From NCBI GenBank assembly GCA_043228905.1, contig JBHGNT010000008.1, forward strand, positions 3,720,001-3,784,000: a stretch of 64,000 nucleotides of DNA, in the 5' to 3' direction. Origin of the DNA: Azolla caroliniana (Eukaryota > Plantae > Polypodiophyta). Below, piece after piece: positions 18,121-31,563 of this stretch; positions within the stretch are counted from its first letter, which is position 1; every line of letters starts with the position of its first letter. The notes under the pieces are model-generated. The model saw nothing but the letters and a program-made list of their open reading frames with translations, made no database searches and had not been told where the DNA came from. The translations under genes and the position numbers were made by a program.

Positions 18121-19670
18121 ACCACCATCTACCCTTTTGTTAGCATGACCGTCAAGAGCAAGTGCAAATTGTAAATAATACACTAATGCACCGGTTGACT
18201 TATTCTAAAGCAAAATCGAATCCTATTGTAGAATGCAATTGCTACAAGATTAGGGTAATACTTATGTGAGACCTTACCACCATCTACCCTTTTGTTAGCA
18301 TGACCGTCAAGAGCAAGTGCAAATTACAAATAATACACTAATGCACCGGTTGACTTATTCTAAAGCAAAATCGAATCCTATTGTAGAATGCAATTGCTAC
18401 AAGATTAGGGTAATACTTATGTGAGACCTTACCACCATCTACCCTTTTGTTAGCATGACCGTCAAGAGCAAGTGCAAATTGCAAATAATACACTAATGCA
18501 CCGGTTGACTTATTCTAAAGCAAAATCGAATCCTATTGTAGAATGCAATGGCTACAAGATTAGGGTAATACTTATGTGAGACCTTACCACCATCTACCCT
18601 TTTGTTAGCATGACCCTCAAGAGCAAGTGCAAATTGCAAATAATACACTAATGCACCGGTTGACTTATTCTAAAGCAAAATCGAATCCTATTGTAGAATG
18701 CAATGGCTACAAGATTAGGGTAATACTTATGTGAGACCTTACCACCATCTACCCTTTTGTTAGCATGACCGTCAAGAGCAAGTGCAAATTGTAAATAATA
18801 CACTAATGCACCGGTTGACTTATTCTAAAGCAAAATCGAATCCTATTGTAGAATGCAATGGCTACAAGATTAGGGTAATACTTATGTGAGACCTTACCAC
18901 CATCTACCCTTTTGTTAGCATGACCGTCAAGAGCAAGTGCAAATTACAAATAATACACTAATGCACCGGTTGACTTATTCTAAAGCAAAATCGAATCCTA
19001 TTGTAGAATGCAATCGCTACAAGATTAGGGTAATACTTATGTGAGACCTTACCACCATCTACCCTTTTGTTAGCATGACCGTCAAGAGCAAGTGCAAATT
19101 GCAAATAATACACTAATGCACCGGTTGACTTATTCTAAAGCAAAATCGAATCCTATTGTAGAATGCAATCGCTACAAGATTAGGGTAATACTTATGTGAG
19201 ACCTTACCACCATCTACCCTTTTGTTAGCATGACCGTCAAGAGCAAGTGCAAATTGCAAATAATACACTAATGCACCGGTTGACTTATTCTAAAGCAAAA
19301 TCGAATCCTATTGTAGAATGCAATCGCTACAAGATTAGGGTAATACTTGTGTGAGACCTTACCACCATCTACCCTTTTGTTAGCATGACTGTCAAGAGCA
19401 AGTGCAAATTGCAAATAATACACTAATGCACCGGTTGACTTATTCTAAAGCAAAATCGAATCCTATTGTAGAATGCAATCGCTACAAGATTAGGGTAATG
19501 CTTATGTGAGACCTTACCACCATCTACCCTTTTGTTAGCATGACCGTCAAGAGCAAGTGCAAATTGCAAATAATACACTAATGCACCGGTTGACTTATTC
19601 TAAAGCAAAATCGAATCCTATTGTAGAATGCAATCGCTACAAGATTAGGGTAATACTTATGTGAGACCTT
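18121..19670. repeat. Tandem array of exactly 10 near-identical 155-bp monomers
   Basis: ACCACCATCTACCC starts at 18121, 18276, 18431, 18586, 18741, 18896, 19051, 19206, 19361 and 19516. Confidence 0.98.
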
Positions 19671-21121
19671 ACCACAATCCGAGCATTTGAAAGAAGAGCG
19701 TCAAGGCAAGAAATAGCCCGACTTTGATTCCATTAATCCATGCTTAAAAATACAAGGTTAATTTAGTCCAATGATTAAGCTTAAAAATTATTTTTAAGGA
19801 GGTAGGAGGAGAGAGGGCCTTAAGTTTTAGCTTAGGGAATGTAAAGAGGAAGAACTCCAAGTTTTATAGTTTCACCATATGTTACATCTATGTCCATTTC
19901 ATGCTTGGGAAGGTATAAAGGTTTATAGATATTACCTTTATACCCTACAACAATGTCAAGCTCTCTATCTACATTGTCCTACTTCTACGAGGAGTTTTCA
20001 ATGTATCCCTAGACCATAACATCAAGGGTGAGATGTTTGACAATTTCTTAACATAATGTGCCAAGGAAGGTTTATGAGATGCCAAAAAGAATGTATAATA
20101 CATGAATGCATAGATCTCTTTGTGATTACTCGAATGTGTTGCAATCACTTCGAAGGATGCCATTACCTAATAAAAGCCATGTTCTTCATAGCGTTCAAAG
20201 AAATGATAAAGTGGCAAGTATTAGCCCAACATGTTAGACCAAACAAATAGGTTTGGAGATAGAGAATCTCCTTATGGACATTGGGTAAACCTTAGGAATG
20301 GCCTAAAATGTAAAGGTAAATGTATAAACTTTTATACTCTTTTAAAAAATGATATGAATGTATTGTGTAAAGAAAGTATAAGGGTGATATCATAAATCAT
20401 CTTCAAAAATTTCCTCATTCTCTCATTGTAGCAAAAGCTTAAGCCTTGCACTCCCTTCTTGATCATCTTGTGTTAATCTCTTCAAGCCCCTTAAGCCTTA
20501 TACTTTGTACTATTCACTCACATAAATAATTGGAGCTATGACATTTTGGTGATGTCTTGCTCCTTTATTCTTTATTTTAAGTCTTAAGTATGGTTAAGTC
20601 TCTTGATGTCTTGCATCAAGTGTTAATCATGTGAGTGCATGATTAAGAGAGAAATATTAGAGTTTGATATTTTAGTTAGTGTACATGTTATTAGCTCAAG
20701 TGTAGTTCACAACTACCCACTCATCTTGCCCATGAGAGTATAGGCTATGCAAAGTGGAAAGATCCCATAGAATGATCTCACTATGGTTCTCACCTAGAGC
20801 ATTGTGAGTAAGATGTGAACTCAATGAACGACTGAAAGTTGCCACATAAAGAGATTTTGGATAACAATTAACGTCCAAGTATCCAATGTGGACTTCGAAC
20901 ATTGATATAACATTCTTTGATTCAACCCCTTTGATTGAGTTTGTTGGTTGAATGCTTTGGATAACATGTTATAAGGTTATTACACTAGCTACTATGAAAT
21001 AATATCCCTTTATACTATCATACACATTTGTGTAAAACATTCATTTAATGCAAGCTCATTTGTGCTCTCTCATCTTCATTCTAATATCAATATACTCTAG
21101 GCACACATCACAATCTCCAAA

Positions 21122-21328
21122 AATAAGAAACTAACATTTGCAGATACCATTGAGAACTACCAATAAGAAACCAACATTTGCAAATAGCATTGCAAACTAT
21201 TGATAAGAAACTAACTTCTACAAATACCATTAAGAACTATTGATAAGTAACTAACATTGGCAAATACCATTGAGAGTTACTTTGATAAGAAACTGACATT
21301 TGCAAATAGCATTAAGAACCATCGATAA
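21122..21328. repeat. Degenerate 40-bp tandem repeat, about 5 copies
   Basis: The unit ATAAGAAACTAACATTTGCAAATACCATTGAGAACTAYTG recurs with substitutions. Confidence 0.8.
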
Positions 21329-21684
21329 ATATCGTAACATGCATTACTTTACAATGCAATGTAGGGGGACGAATGCATGACCTTCTAGTCTTCAGTCGAA
21401 CAAACCATAACAACATAGGCATATGGAACCCCCAATGATTCTGGCATCCATACTAAACAATTTGTAGCAATTGGGTTATACGGTCACCTAGGTTTTCTTC
21501 TTTTCATGTTTGATCACACTACCAAGACCAGGCATTGAGCCGAAGGATCGAACCTTTCACACCTCTTTATTACACCGCCATACACATTGTTCGGAGATGC
21601 CATTATCATGGAATGTAAGGGGTTGAACCCGTGAGCTTTGGGTCTCTGCCCACTTACCTTACTAGCTTAGCTTATGTGGTCCAG

Positions 21685-21828
21685 GAAGATTAGTCAAGGT
21701 TTGGAGAAGACTCAAGGTCAAGGCTAGTCAAGACTCGCAGGAAAATTCAAGGTCAAGACTAGTCAAGACTTGCAGAAGATTCAAGGTCAAGACTAGTCAA
21801 AGACTTGGAGAACACTCAAGGTCAAGCC
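21685..21828. repeat. Degenerate AAGACT/GGTCAAG tandem repeat upstream of AKR copy 2
   Basis: CAAGGTCAAGACTAGTCAAGACTT units about 35 bp apart, related to 12189-12266. Confidence 0.7.
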
Positions 21829-21938
21829 TCTCTCAAAGATGGAACATGCACTGCACGGCAAGCAAACAATAGGGGTCATAAAAGACACAGCTCCGATGCG
21901 TCCAATCTTCCTGAGCAAAACTCCAAAACCCTCAAGCT

Positions 21939-22143
21939 ATGGCTGTTCCTCTTCGACGCCTTGGAACTCAAGGACTCCAGGTAGGTTTTCATCCTCTCCT
22001 TCACCTTCTCCTCCTCCTTCTTCTTTCTCTTGCATTCTAGAAATCTAAGGGGTGGATTAACATCAATAAGAGGGAGAGGAACATTAACATTTACGAGATA
22101 GATAGATAGATTTTATTCTTGTCTACGGTAGTCAAATGTGACC

Positions 22144-22176
<33 letters not shown>

Positions 22177-25100
22177 AAGATTAACATTTACTTCAGGATG
22201 ATATCTACATATGAGACAAATTATGATTACCAATGTCGAAACTAAAACAAAAACAATTGCATAACTAATATGTATGTTCTTAAGGATCACGAGATTCATG
22301 ATAATGATCTTAATGCATGTGGTGGAATGATTCTTGAGATAGTTCACATGCATGATATGCATAACTAATATGTACGGAATGAATTATTGTGAGGGCACAT
22401 GGTATCTGAGGTTGGTTGGCACAATGGATCAAGGTTATGACAAAGTTCACTGAATGCATCTTCCGACGGGGTAGGACATCATGAGCAACGATCTCCATGA
22501 CCTGGTGCTGCTGTGGACTATGTGCCTTGTATCCTGGTACTCGTGGTCTCTATAATCATTCTCATTCCTCCGCTATCTTTATGGTGTCTCCTGAGCATGT
22601 TGTTGGTGGATTTGCTGGCCTATGGAATACGTTAGTGATGAGCAATTTTCGTTGTATCCCATTTGGTAATATAATGGTTGACTCCCCATGCAGGCTTTGG
22701 CCAAAGTGTCATAGGATAGCCTTTCCATCATCTGTCAAGTGGTGATGATTCTGGTGAAGTCCACAAAGAGGGTAACATGCTTCTCTATGATGTGCTTGTA
22801 AGTTGGTCACTTGCACACGAAGTTTTGCTCAAAATCTCAACCTCTCCTTCAATAACTTGCAAAACCTTTTAGCCCTATGTATGCAGAGTGCTCGACTTAC
22901 TTTGACCTCTTGTATGTGGGAGGAAACACTGAATAAGTAAGTCTGTGTTTGAATCCATCTCGTGAAAAGTAAAATAATTTCATCAATGAGAAAAAATCAA
23001 AATAAATAGTAAAACTACCTACAATACCAGATAATCTCATCAGGTAAGCGCTTAATAGATTGAGCTTTGGTTGACTGCTTCTGTTTCAAAAGATCTCCAT
23101 CATGGGCTGATCCAGTGGCTGTAGTCTATATGGAAATGGCCTATGTGCACTACAAACTGGCTTTTCCTGATCTATGTAACTGCTTTTGAATGTTATGAGG
23201 CCATGAGCTGGGCCTACGACACTAGGGAGGATTGAGGCCATGAGCTGGGCCTACGACATTAGGGAGGATAGAAATAGAATAGAGTATAATAGATTTTTTA
23301 CTGTCCATAAGGTGCCAATTTTGGCTTATGGGGGAACTGAATAAATATATCCTCTTGTATGTGACTCCTTCCTAAGAAGGGGGTTATTACTTTGTATGTG
23401 AAAATAGTGCAGGTTTCTCGGTAAATAGTTTCACATAAAGAGTGAGAAACCCTATATGTGAAAGAGTCTTTCATTCCATGCTCTGAGTGAGAAAGTGCCC
23501 CGCAACACTTCCACTCCATAAAGCAACACTTGGACCAGCATAACATTGAATAACATCAATCTTACTTCCCATTCTTGAGTATAACTGTGTTTGCATTGAT
23601 TCTCAAATATATAATAATTGTACCAACCCACTTGAAGTCTAGCCTCATGGCGTGCATTCCACCCATTTGTCAATGGACGTTAATACAAAGATATTTGAAG
23701 CTTTGCACCTCTTGTATTGGTTCTCCTTGTATGTAGAAGTGGGGTAGTGTATCAATATATTGCTAGGGAGTAGGCTCAGTTGGAGTCGTAGGTGGCCTTT
23801 TTAGGTAATACTTCTTCCCATCCATGCTTGCCTCTACAATCCTTCTTTTGCATAATTAGCTCTTGAAAAACAAACACAAGTCTTGCAAAAGTTCTCTACC
23901 TTCTCCAAAATGCTGAACATTAGAATACCCAAAACCTCTTCATTTTATAGTTCTCTCATTTGCATAAGTGCATAAAATAGGCTCAACTTTTTTCATTGGC
24001 ACCAACGTAGGCATATCGCCAAACTCATGCTTGAAGCACTGGTCACTCTCAACCCCCTTCCCTCTGCATAATTTTAACTGTTGTGTCTTTTTGACAAGAA
24101 CAATAGAGCCATGTAGCCTTCTTTCAAGGCTGTCTTTGACCCTTTTGTCATTGAGACTTTTCATTGTGTGTTTCAGCTAACAAGGCATGGAATGCTATCA
24201 ACCTAGTCTTGGTAAGGAGCTCAAAGTTTTGTGATCATGGGAGCAAGGGGTTTCCATCCCACCTTTCCTATATCGCAACTCTTACACTAGGTACTAGAAA
24301 TTCTATTGCCATCACGGCTTCTTCATAAAAAATTAGCTGGAAGCAAGGGTGCCAGATCGATGATAAATCCATCATGGGGATGTCACTTAAAGGAGGGCCT
24401 TATAGTGGGCCATATTCCTCCCAAGGTGTTATTGGGCTGACCGCATTCTTTCATTATCCAATTTAATGGTATTTGTTCAAATTGCTATGTTCTTTTCCAC
24501 TTTGGTCATGTAAGTGTGTGGACAATGTAATGCATTTATATTTATGTCATGTTAAGTGCCATTCCCGTTTCCCCAAAAATAATAAGACACCAATTCTTTG
24601 TTCCTTATTGTGCAGTAATCATCAAGACTAAATGTTTACAAGCATAACCATAATCGTAGTTGTGGGCTAATTTGCAAGGATGAAGGGTGAGTATTGAGTT
24701 ATCTCAATCCTACGGTGGGAGATAACTTTAGAGTGTTTAATCACCTGGTTGCGTTTTTTTATAAAAGCAACCAAATGTGAAACGCACACAAGGGCCTAGG
24801 GTTTGAGCCTAAATAAGAAGGCTAGCTTCCTTCATAAAGGGGCATCTCTTTTCTTTATTTTTTTGGAGATAGAGACTCTTGGAAGTTTGGCAAACCTCTA
24901 GCTTCATATATGTGTGCCTCCTTCAAACCCAAGGTACGATTCATGTTTGTACATGGTATGGGACACCGACAGGGGACGTTTTTGTATATTTTGACGCTTC
25001 CATGTGAAAGCTCCCTTCAAGAGTTTTCTAGACACATCTTTACTATATTTTTGGCCCCAATTTGAGGGGTTATAGGCATTTACATTATCTTTATAACTTT

Positions 25101-28100
25101 TGGTCATTGGCCATGTGTAAATATGCCCAAATGACCTAAAAGCTACTTATCAATAAGAACGGGTCCCAAATCTCTCGTAATGAGATAGGACTTGGGTTTC
25201 CTCTCCATTTCTCTGCCCAGTTTTCTCTACTTTTTCTCTCCTCACACAACAGCCCACTCCCTTGGTGTTTTGGATCTGACCACACTATCATCATCTCTCT
25301 TTAAAACTACAGTGATGGTGTTTAACACCACTCAAGCATGGGTAACAAGATCAGAACCAAAATTCTTCTTGGGAGAGGAAAAGGGGGAATACACACGCTC
25401 CTACACATACCTAGGAGTAGTAACATTTACAGGGCCTAGGTTCTCCTTACAGGAGGCTGCTTGTGCCCGACTTTCTCGTGGGTATGCAGTGTGAGAAAAG
25501 CTGTTAATAGCAGCAGCGGAAGACTTAAAACAAAATAGGCACAGCCAAGCTGTGAGAAGGCTGTTAGACAGCAGTAGAAAAAATGGTTGCAAAGAGTAGA
25601 GACACAGCCAAGGAATAGAGCTTGTTTTAAGTAGCAAAAAAGAAAATGAAAACTTATACAACAGAGGCTGGTATAGCCTATTTATACAAAATTGGGGAAT
25701 GTGGGTGAAATGGCTGTTTGGTAGTTAAGTGACTCTTGTACTACCAAACAGGTACAAAAAACTAGGAATATCTTGGAAAAGGTAGAAGAGAGAAAAGGCA
25801 TTTAAAGCATTGCAGATTCTAGAGAGAGAAGGCATTTAAAGAGTTGCAGATTCTAGAGAGAGAAGAATCTGAGAAAAGAGAGAATGTAGTACAAAGATAA
25901 TAAATATGAAAGAGAGTGCAGGGCTGGAGCTGCCACCCTCCAACATGCAGATCAGAACCAAAATTCTCCTTGGGAGAGGAAAAGGTGGAATACACACGCT
26001 CCTACACATACCTAGGAGTAGTAACATTTACAGGGCCCAACGACTACTTGTTTCCAACAGCTAGTTAGCCCAACGGCCATATCTTGGCCTTTATAAAGAG
26101 GAACTTTCTCCTCATGTAAATGTAAGTGATCTCTGTATTTTCTCCCTCTAGTTGTGACATACCAATGTATATTACTGAACAGATGTGCCTTCTCATTTTT
26201 CTTTATGGTATCAGAGCATAGATCCGCCCCTTTGCAAAACCCTAGATCCACCCTTTTGCTGGTATGACAGCGATTGGAACAGCACTGTCCTAGCATCCAA
26301 GAGAGGAAAGGGGGATTTTTTTTCCATTTGGGATGACATTGCTATGTGATTGAGAGGTGACTTGAGAAAAGAAGTCAGAAGAGGAGAGCAGAGATAGGCC
26401 AAGTTGAGAAGATGGATGAGGTGTTCTCAAAATTGAATGAGGATGAGGTGAAAACATTGTAGCATCTGGAGGTGTGACATGGACACAACCACCACCCCGA
26501 CTTGAACTCCTCCAAGTTGAGTTCAAACTCGATGGACCAGCCACATACTTGAGCTGGTCGCGTCGGATTATAGGTGCCTTGGCAGGGAGAAGCCTTGACA
26601 GCTACCTAACGGGAGAAGAGAAAGAACCTCTTGTCATAATGAGCAATGAATGGAAAGCATGGAGAGCTACCCACATGTCTTTGTACACGTGGCTTCTCAA
26701 CTCCACGATTCCATCAATCGCCACGACAATTGATGGAATTTTAAGTGTGAAGGAGATATGGGAGAAATTGCAAAAGACGTATGCTAGGAGGGGAAACAAC
26801 ATGAGAGTATTTCAAATTGAGCAAGAGATAGATGATGTTTGGCAGGGAGATAGGATGATTCAGGAATATGCGATAGAGCTGGAGCGTCTATGGGCAGAAT
26901 ACGATCATTTCTCGCCTGTGACAGTGTGCAATGATCCTCAATGTAAGAGCATGGAAATTTCTGCTCAAAGAAGAACCATGCAATTTTTGAAACATTCTCA
27001 ACAAAATAGAGACATTCATTGTTGGTATGCTGAAATGCAGCAATGGTTCGAGTCACATGGCATGAGTATAAATGCACTACCCCCGTTCCAATATAGTTTG
27101 GACTGACCCCATCTAAATATGACCAAAGTGGACAAGAATAGAGATCTGAACTGATATTATTAACTTGGAAAACAAGATAACATGGATCAGCCCCAAAATA
27201 CCACTTGGAACAAAGATGGCCGACTATAAGATACACTTCTTACACATGTCGGAGGATGTATTCATCATCAGGCAACCTTATATGGACATACATCTATCCT
27301 ATGCATTGCGTAGTGTGATAGGGCAGCTACGAACTTCATCACATCAGTTACAGATTGAGGTAGGCAGATATACACGACTACCTCTAGAAGAGAGAATTTG
27401 CCAATTGTGTCATCAAGGAGTGGAATCCAAAGAACACTATGTTTGTCACTGTAGTGTCTTTTATGAAATCAGAGGGAGATACCATTGCCTCTTTAAACAA
27501 GGCTTTGGCCCACTACGCAAGGTAATGGAATATGAGGACCAACGATGCCTAGGACTTTTCTTGCTAGGGCTCAAGAGACATCGGGAAAAGTTGTTGAAGA
27601 ATACAGCCACACAAGCTCATTCACAAAGAACAATCACAACTTTCTTTACCCCCATCAACCCTAATTCTACAAGTCAATCAGGGGATACACAAATGGGCTC
27701 CCGACCAGGACATAACAAAGGGGTTACAATTGATCAGGCAATAGCAATTTGCCATGCACGTAGGCCTCGGCCCCATGGACCACGACCTCGACACCCTTGT
27801 CATCGACAAATAAAAGCCATTATCTCCCGCCATCGTAGGTGCTTCCCTTGCTTCGGAGACATCTCCATTTTGGATCAACCTATGCTAGAGATCTTTCGAG
27901 GACAAAAGCTACAATATATCTAACTTGAGAATCTCACATGTGCCGAAGACCAGATTCCCTAGTCTCTTTTTATCTTATATACTTTTATATTTACGGAGTA
28001 TTATTTAGTTTCTTTTTTTATTTGTTGTTCTCAAAGACAAGACTACACTTAAGATGTAATCTCTTATTTGGTCTTATAGGCCATCTTGGCCTCTTAAAAG

Positions 28101-31100
28101 ACGATAATATATCTTTCTTTCTCTTTCACTGGGGTCCTGTAAATATTACTGCTTGATATGTGTAGGATCATGTGTATGCCACATTTTTCTCTGTCAATAT
28201 GGATTTTGGTTCTAATCTTGTTGTCCGCTTGAGTGCTGTTAAATCCCATCACCTCAGTTTACTAATCGTTTTTTGTTCACATTAATTGTAGGGCATCTAG
28301 ATGTCTTTTTAGTTCCTCCAATGTTTCATAGCCATAGATAAAGTGGTCAGTTCTAATCCATCATAATTTTGCACCTTTCCAAATTGTAACCAATTCACTG
28401 CATTCCTCATCATTTATCTTCAAAAGGCCAAAGTTACCTGTGAGACAGAAAATTACAGCCTTGTGAATCTCATCAGCATTCGTGATTTTCGCAGCACGCA
28501 ACATACATGTGTATTGATATAAGAAGGCCTAGTTATAAATCCATCCTACAGCATGTGGAATATGAGTGGGTTCCCTTTCCATGCATGAAACAATGGAAAT
28601 GATGAGAAAACACTCCACTTTTCTCGTAGAAAATTTATATAGAAATTTCTATACATCCTATATATCAAAACTTGTACACTGGCATTGAATTTTAAACTTG
28701 AATCTGTGTATTAACTTGTATAGCCTTGATCGACTAATTGCATAATATGGCAATCATGTTGCTGATTGTGTGTTTCTTAGGTTTCTGCAATTGGCTTGGG
28801 ATGTATGGGACTATCCTTTGCTTACCATCCAATGCCATCTGAAGAGCAAAGTATTGAACTCATAAAACATGCTTACGATCAAGGAGTCACCTTCTTTGAT
28901 ACTGCTGATATGTACGGACCATTCACAAATGAAGTGTTAGTTGGAAAGGTAGAAAAGGGATCTTAAAGAACATATCCTTAATTTTATTATCAAGAACATT
29001 TATATTATTCTATACCAATTTCTCTTTTGTGATTCAACTAGGCCCTTAAACTTCTACCTCGAAAGAAAATTCAGCTTGCCACAAAGTTTGGCAATGTGTT
29101 TGAGAATGGTGAACATGTGGTGAAAGGAGGGAGGGACTATGTACGAAAGGCTTGTGAAGATAGCCTGAAGAGGTTGGATGTTAATTATATTGACCTTTAT
29201 TATCAGCATCGAGTCGACACTTCTGTTCCAATAGAAGAGACGGTATGTGTGATATCATGCATATCAATGGACGAAAACTTGCACCTTTTTCTGATATAAG
29301 TCTCAAAGAGGGCTTAAGTAAGAGATTGGCTTAGTAGAAATTAAGAAAAATTGTTAAGTTAACTTATCAGAGAAACATTTGTATCAAATAGCATTTGTCA
29401 TCATTTTCTCAACATATATTTGGCCCCATGGAGATCTTGAGAATGCTGTTTCCAAATCCTCTATACTCATTTCTATCACTCAGTTGATTAGTTTTTGGCA
29501 CATTTGTCCCTAGGAAGACGCACTTATCTCTCATTATCATAATCTTTTGTTTCTTTGTAGTTTTTTAGAATTGAAAAGTTTGCAAACTCTTCTTTGCTAT
29601 GATAAATGCAACCAATGTTTTGAGTAGAGAATGTATACAGGAGTAGGTATAAGTAGAATGCTACATTTTTCATGTAATTTTTCTAAATATAATGGGGTGA
29701 TCCACTCATAGTTATTTAGCTTTTCTCACGTTTGTTCTTATAAATAATCTTTGTTTCTCATTCTTGTAATCAATGCTTTCGTTTGTCAAAAAGGGTTAGT
29801 GATCTAGTATAATTCTCGGCCATTGGAGGTTCATACAAATGGGAACGTTTTCTGCTATTGCAATTGTCAAAACCTCTTTTTTAAGTATTTTTCCTATTGC
29901 TTTATTTGGAATTTCAGGTTTCTGAAATGAAAAAGCTTGTGGAAGAAGGAAAAGTAAAGTACATAGGTCTATCTGAGGCAAGCACTGATACTATTCAGAG
30001 AGCTCATGCAGTTCATCCTATCAGTGCTATCCAGATAGAATGGTCCTTGTGGACAAGGGATGTTGAAGATGCAATTATTCCATTATGCAGGTGATAACTG
30101 TAAATTTTACGAGGTTTATCAATTCCTCGATATACGTGAAACAATTGCAGAATGTAAATTTGTTCTGAAATTCTTTCATGCTGTCAGGTTTCTATGCATG
30201 GAAGAAACACAGCTTAGAATATGTACGATATATAAACATATATAACATATCCCCATGTGGTTCATCATGACAACATTCCTGAATATTGGGAACTTGCAAT
30301 CGTTATATCTTTCTAATTCTTACTAATACTCTACTAGCAAATTTATACAAGATTTATTTATCTTGTTTCACATTACATCAGCTTTTCTTTCACTCCAGAA
30401 GAAATGAACACATGAATGTTTGAGAACAAAGACTCTCAAGCTCTATATATCTTGTTTGTTTTACACTAGCATTTCTTTTACTTTGAAAGAAATGATGAAT
30501 GCACATTGTCCTGACCATGTTTTCTGAACTATGAAGGCAGATGTAATGTCTGTGTTAGGCGATATATTAATTTCTTATGCTATATTTTATATCAATCTCT
30601 GTGCTGTGCTTTGTCATGAGAACAGTGTATGACTGCCAATAAAGTATGTGGATGTAAATTCCATTTCTTTTGCCAAGTAATAAATGTCTTTTTTTCTTTA
30701 CTCATAGGAAACTAGGAATAGGAGTTGTGGTGTATAGTCCTCTAGGGAGAGGATTCTTCTCTGGGAAATCTAGCATTGAACAATTGCCTTCTGCCGATGC
30801 TAGATTGGTAAAGTTGTGAATTTTGTAAATGCATGTTTCTCCATAATCATGAGCTCCTAAGATATTCACATGAAGGGAGAAGTTAACTTGGAATATATCC
30901 TTGTTGGGTTTATTTATGCATATACTCAGACGAGATATCCCAGGTTCCAACAGGAGAATCTTGTGAAAAACAAGGTTTTTTTCGAGCGCATTGCAGGATT
31001 GGCATCGAAGCATGGATGTACACCTGGTCAGCTTGCTTTAGCATGGCTTCTTCACCAAGGAAATGATGTTGTACCTATTCCTGGTAAGAAAAATGCATGG

Positions 31101-31563
31101 CATATTGGTGCAATGAAATTTTTTGATGCATTGTAAGGGTTAATGGATCTATCAAGGATTATATTATTGTTTTGGGAAGACCAGCCCAAGATTCTCAAAA
31201 GTGATCATGATATCCTTCTCAGTCTTTAAAACATAGTAGAATAGCCATGGCCTTCAAACATTTTCTTCGAAATAGATTTAATCTAATAAATTTTGAAACT
31301 CGATATGTCCAAATAGTTAAGGATCTATTGATGCTGTTGTTATCAAGTTATCCATGAGATTTGAAATCCTAAACTAAAATTTTGCAGGCACATCGAAGAT
31401 CAAGAATTTCGATGAAAATCTTGGCGCTCTTAAAGTTGAACTCTCTTGGGAAGATGTGGAGGAGATTGCTAATGCTGTCCCTATAGATGAAGTTGCTGGT
31501 TTAAGATATGCTGAAAATAACTATAAATATATATTCAAATTTGCAGATACTCCGCCATTGTAA
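21939..31563 (+). CDS. Aldo-keto reductase, tandem paralogue copy 2, 7 exons, 337 aa
   Basis: Exons 21939-21980, 28781-28948, 29042-29242, 29918-30090, 30708-30807, 30930-31083, 31388-31563. Exon lengths are identical to copy 1, catalytic D/Y/K/H motifs are intact, and intron 1 is 6.8 kb. Confidence 0.94.
23300..23720 (-). mobile_element. Degenerate LINE ORF2 fragment
   Basis: Minus strand [19 protein letters not shown] resembles the post-RT motif LFDTLVTPTLLYGVETW. Confidence 0.5.
25300..25489 (+). mobile_element. LINE ORF2 fragment (RT C-terminal part), same family as 58.5-63.3 kb
   Basis: [30 protein letters not shown] is nearly identical to 61605-61790. Confidence 0.88.
25490..25945 (-). 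mobile_element. Solo LTR inserted in the LINE fragment
   Basis: TG...CA termini; 5-bp TSD TGCAG at 25485-25489 and 25946-25950; TATAAATA on the minus strand at about 25680. Confidence 0.8.
26038..26995 (+). mobile_element. Truncated Ty1/copia: partial LTR, PBS and gag
   Basis: PBS TGGTATCAGAGC at 26206-26217; gag [42 protein letters not shown]. Confidence 0.85.
26996..28127 (+). mobile_element. LINE 3' portion (ORF2 C-terminus with Cys/His motif, 3' UTR, short TC-rich tail)
   Basis: [30 protein letters not shown]; colinear with 62145-63300; ends TCTTTCTTTCTCTTTC. Confidence 0.9.

Noticed and set aside
18121-19670. 155-bp array as a CRISPR-like array
   Set aside because: Monomers are near-identical along their full length with no unique spacers; no cas genes; eukaryotic context.
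23197-23270. 37-bp direct duplication GAGGCCATGAGCTGGGCCTACGACA.TAGGGAGGAT
   Set aside because: Simple two-copy local duplication in an intron with no further structure.
26474-27106. Gag-LINE fusion ORF as a domesticated gene
   Set aside because: It results from a deletion junction between a copia gag and a LINE fragment, has no clear ATG context, and stops shortly after the junction.
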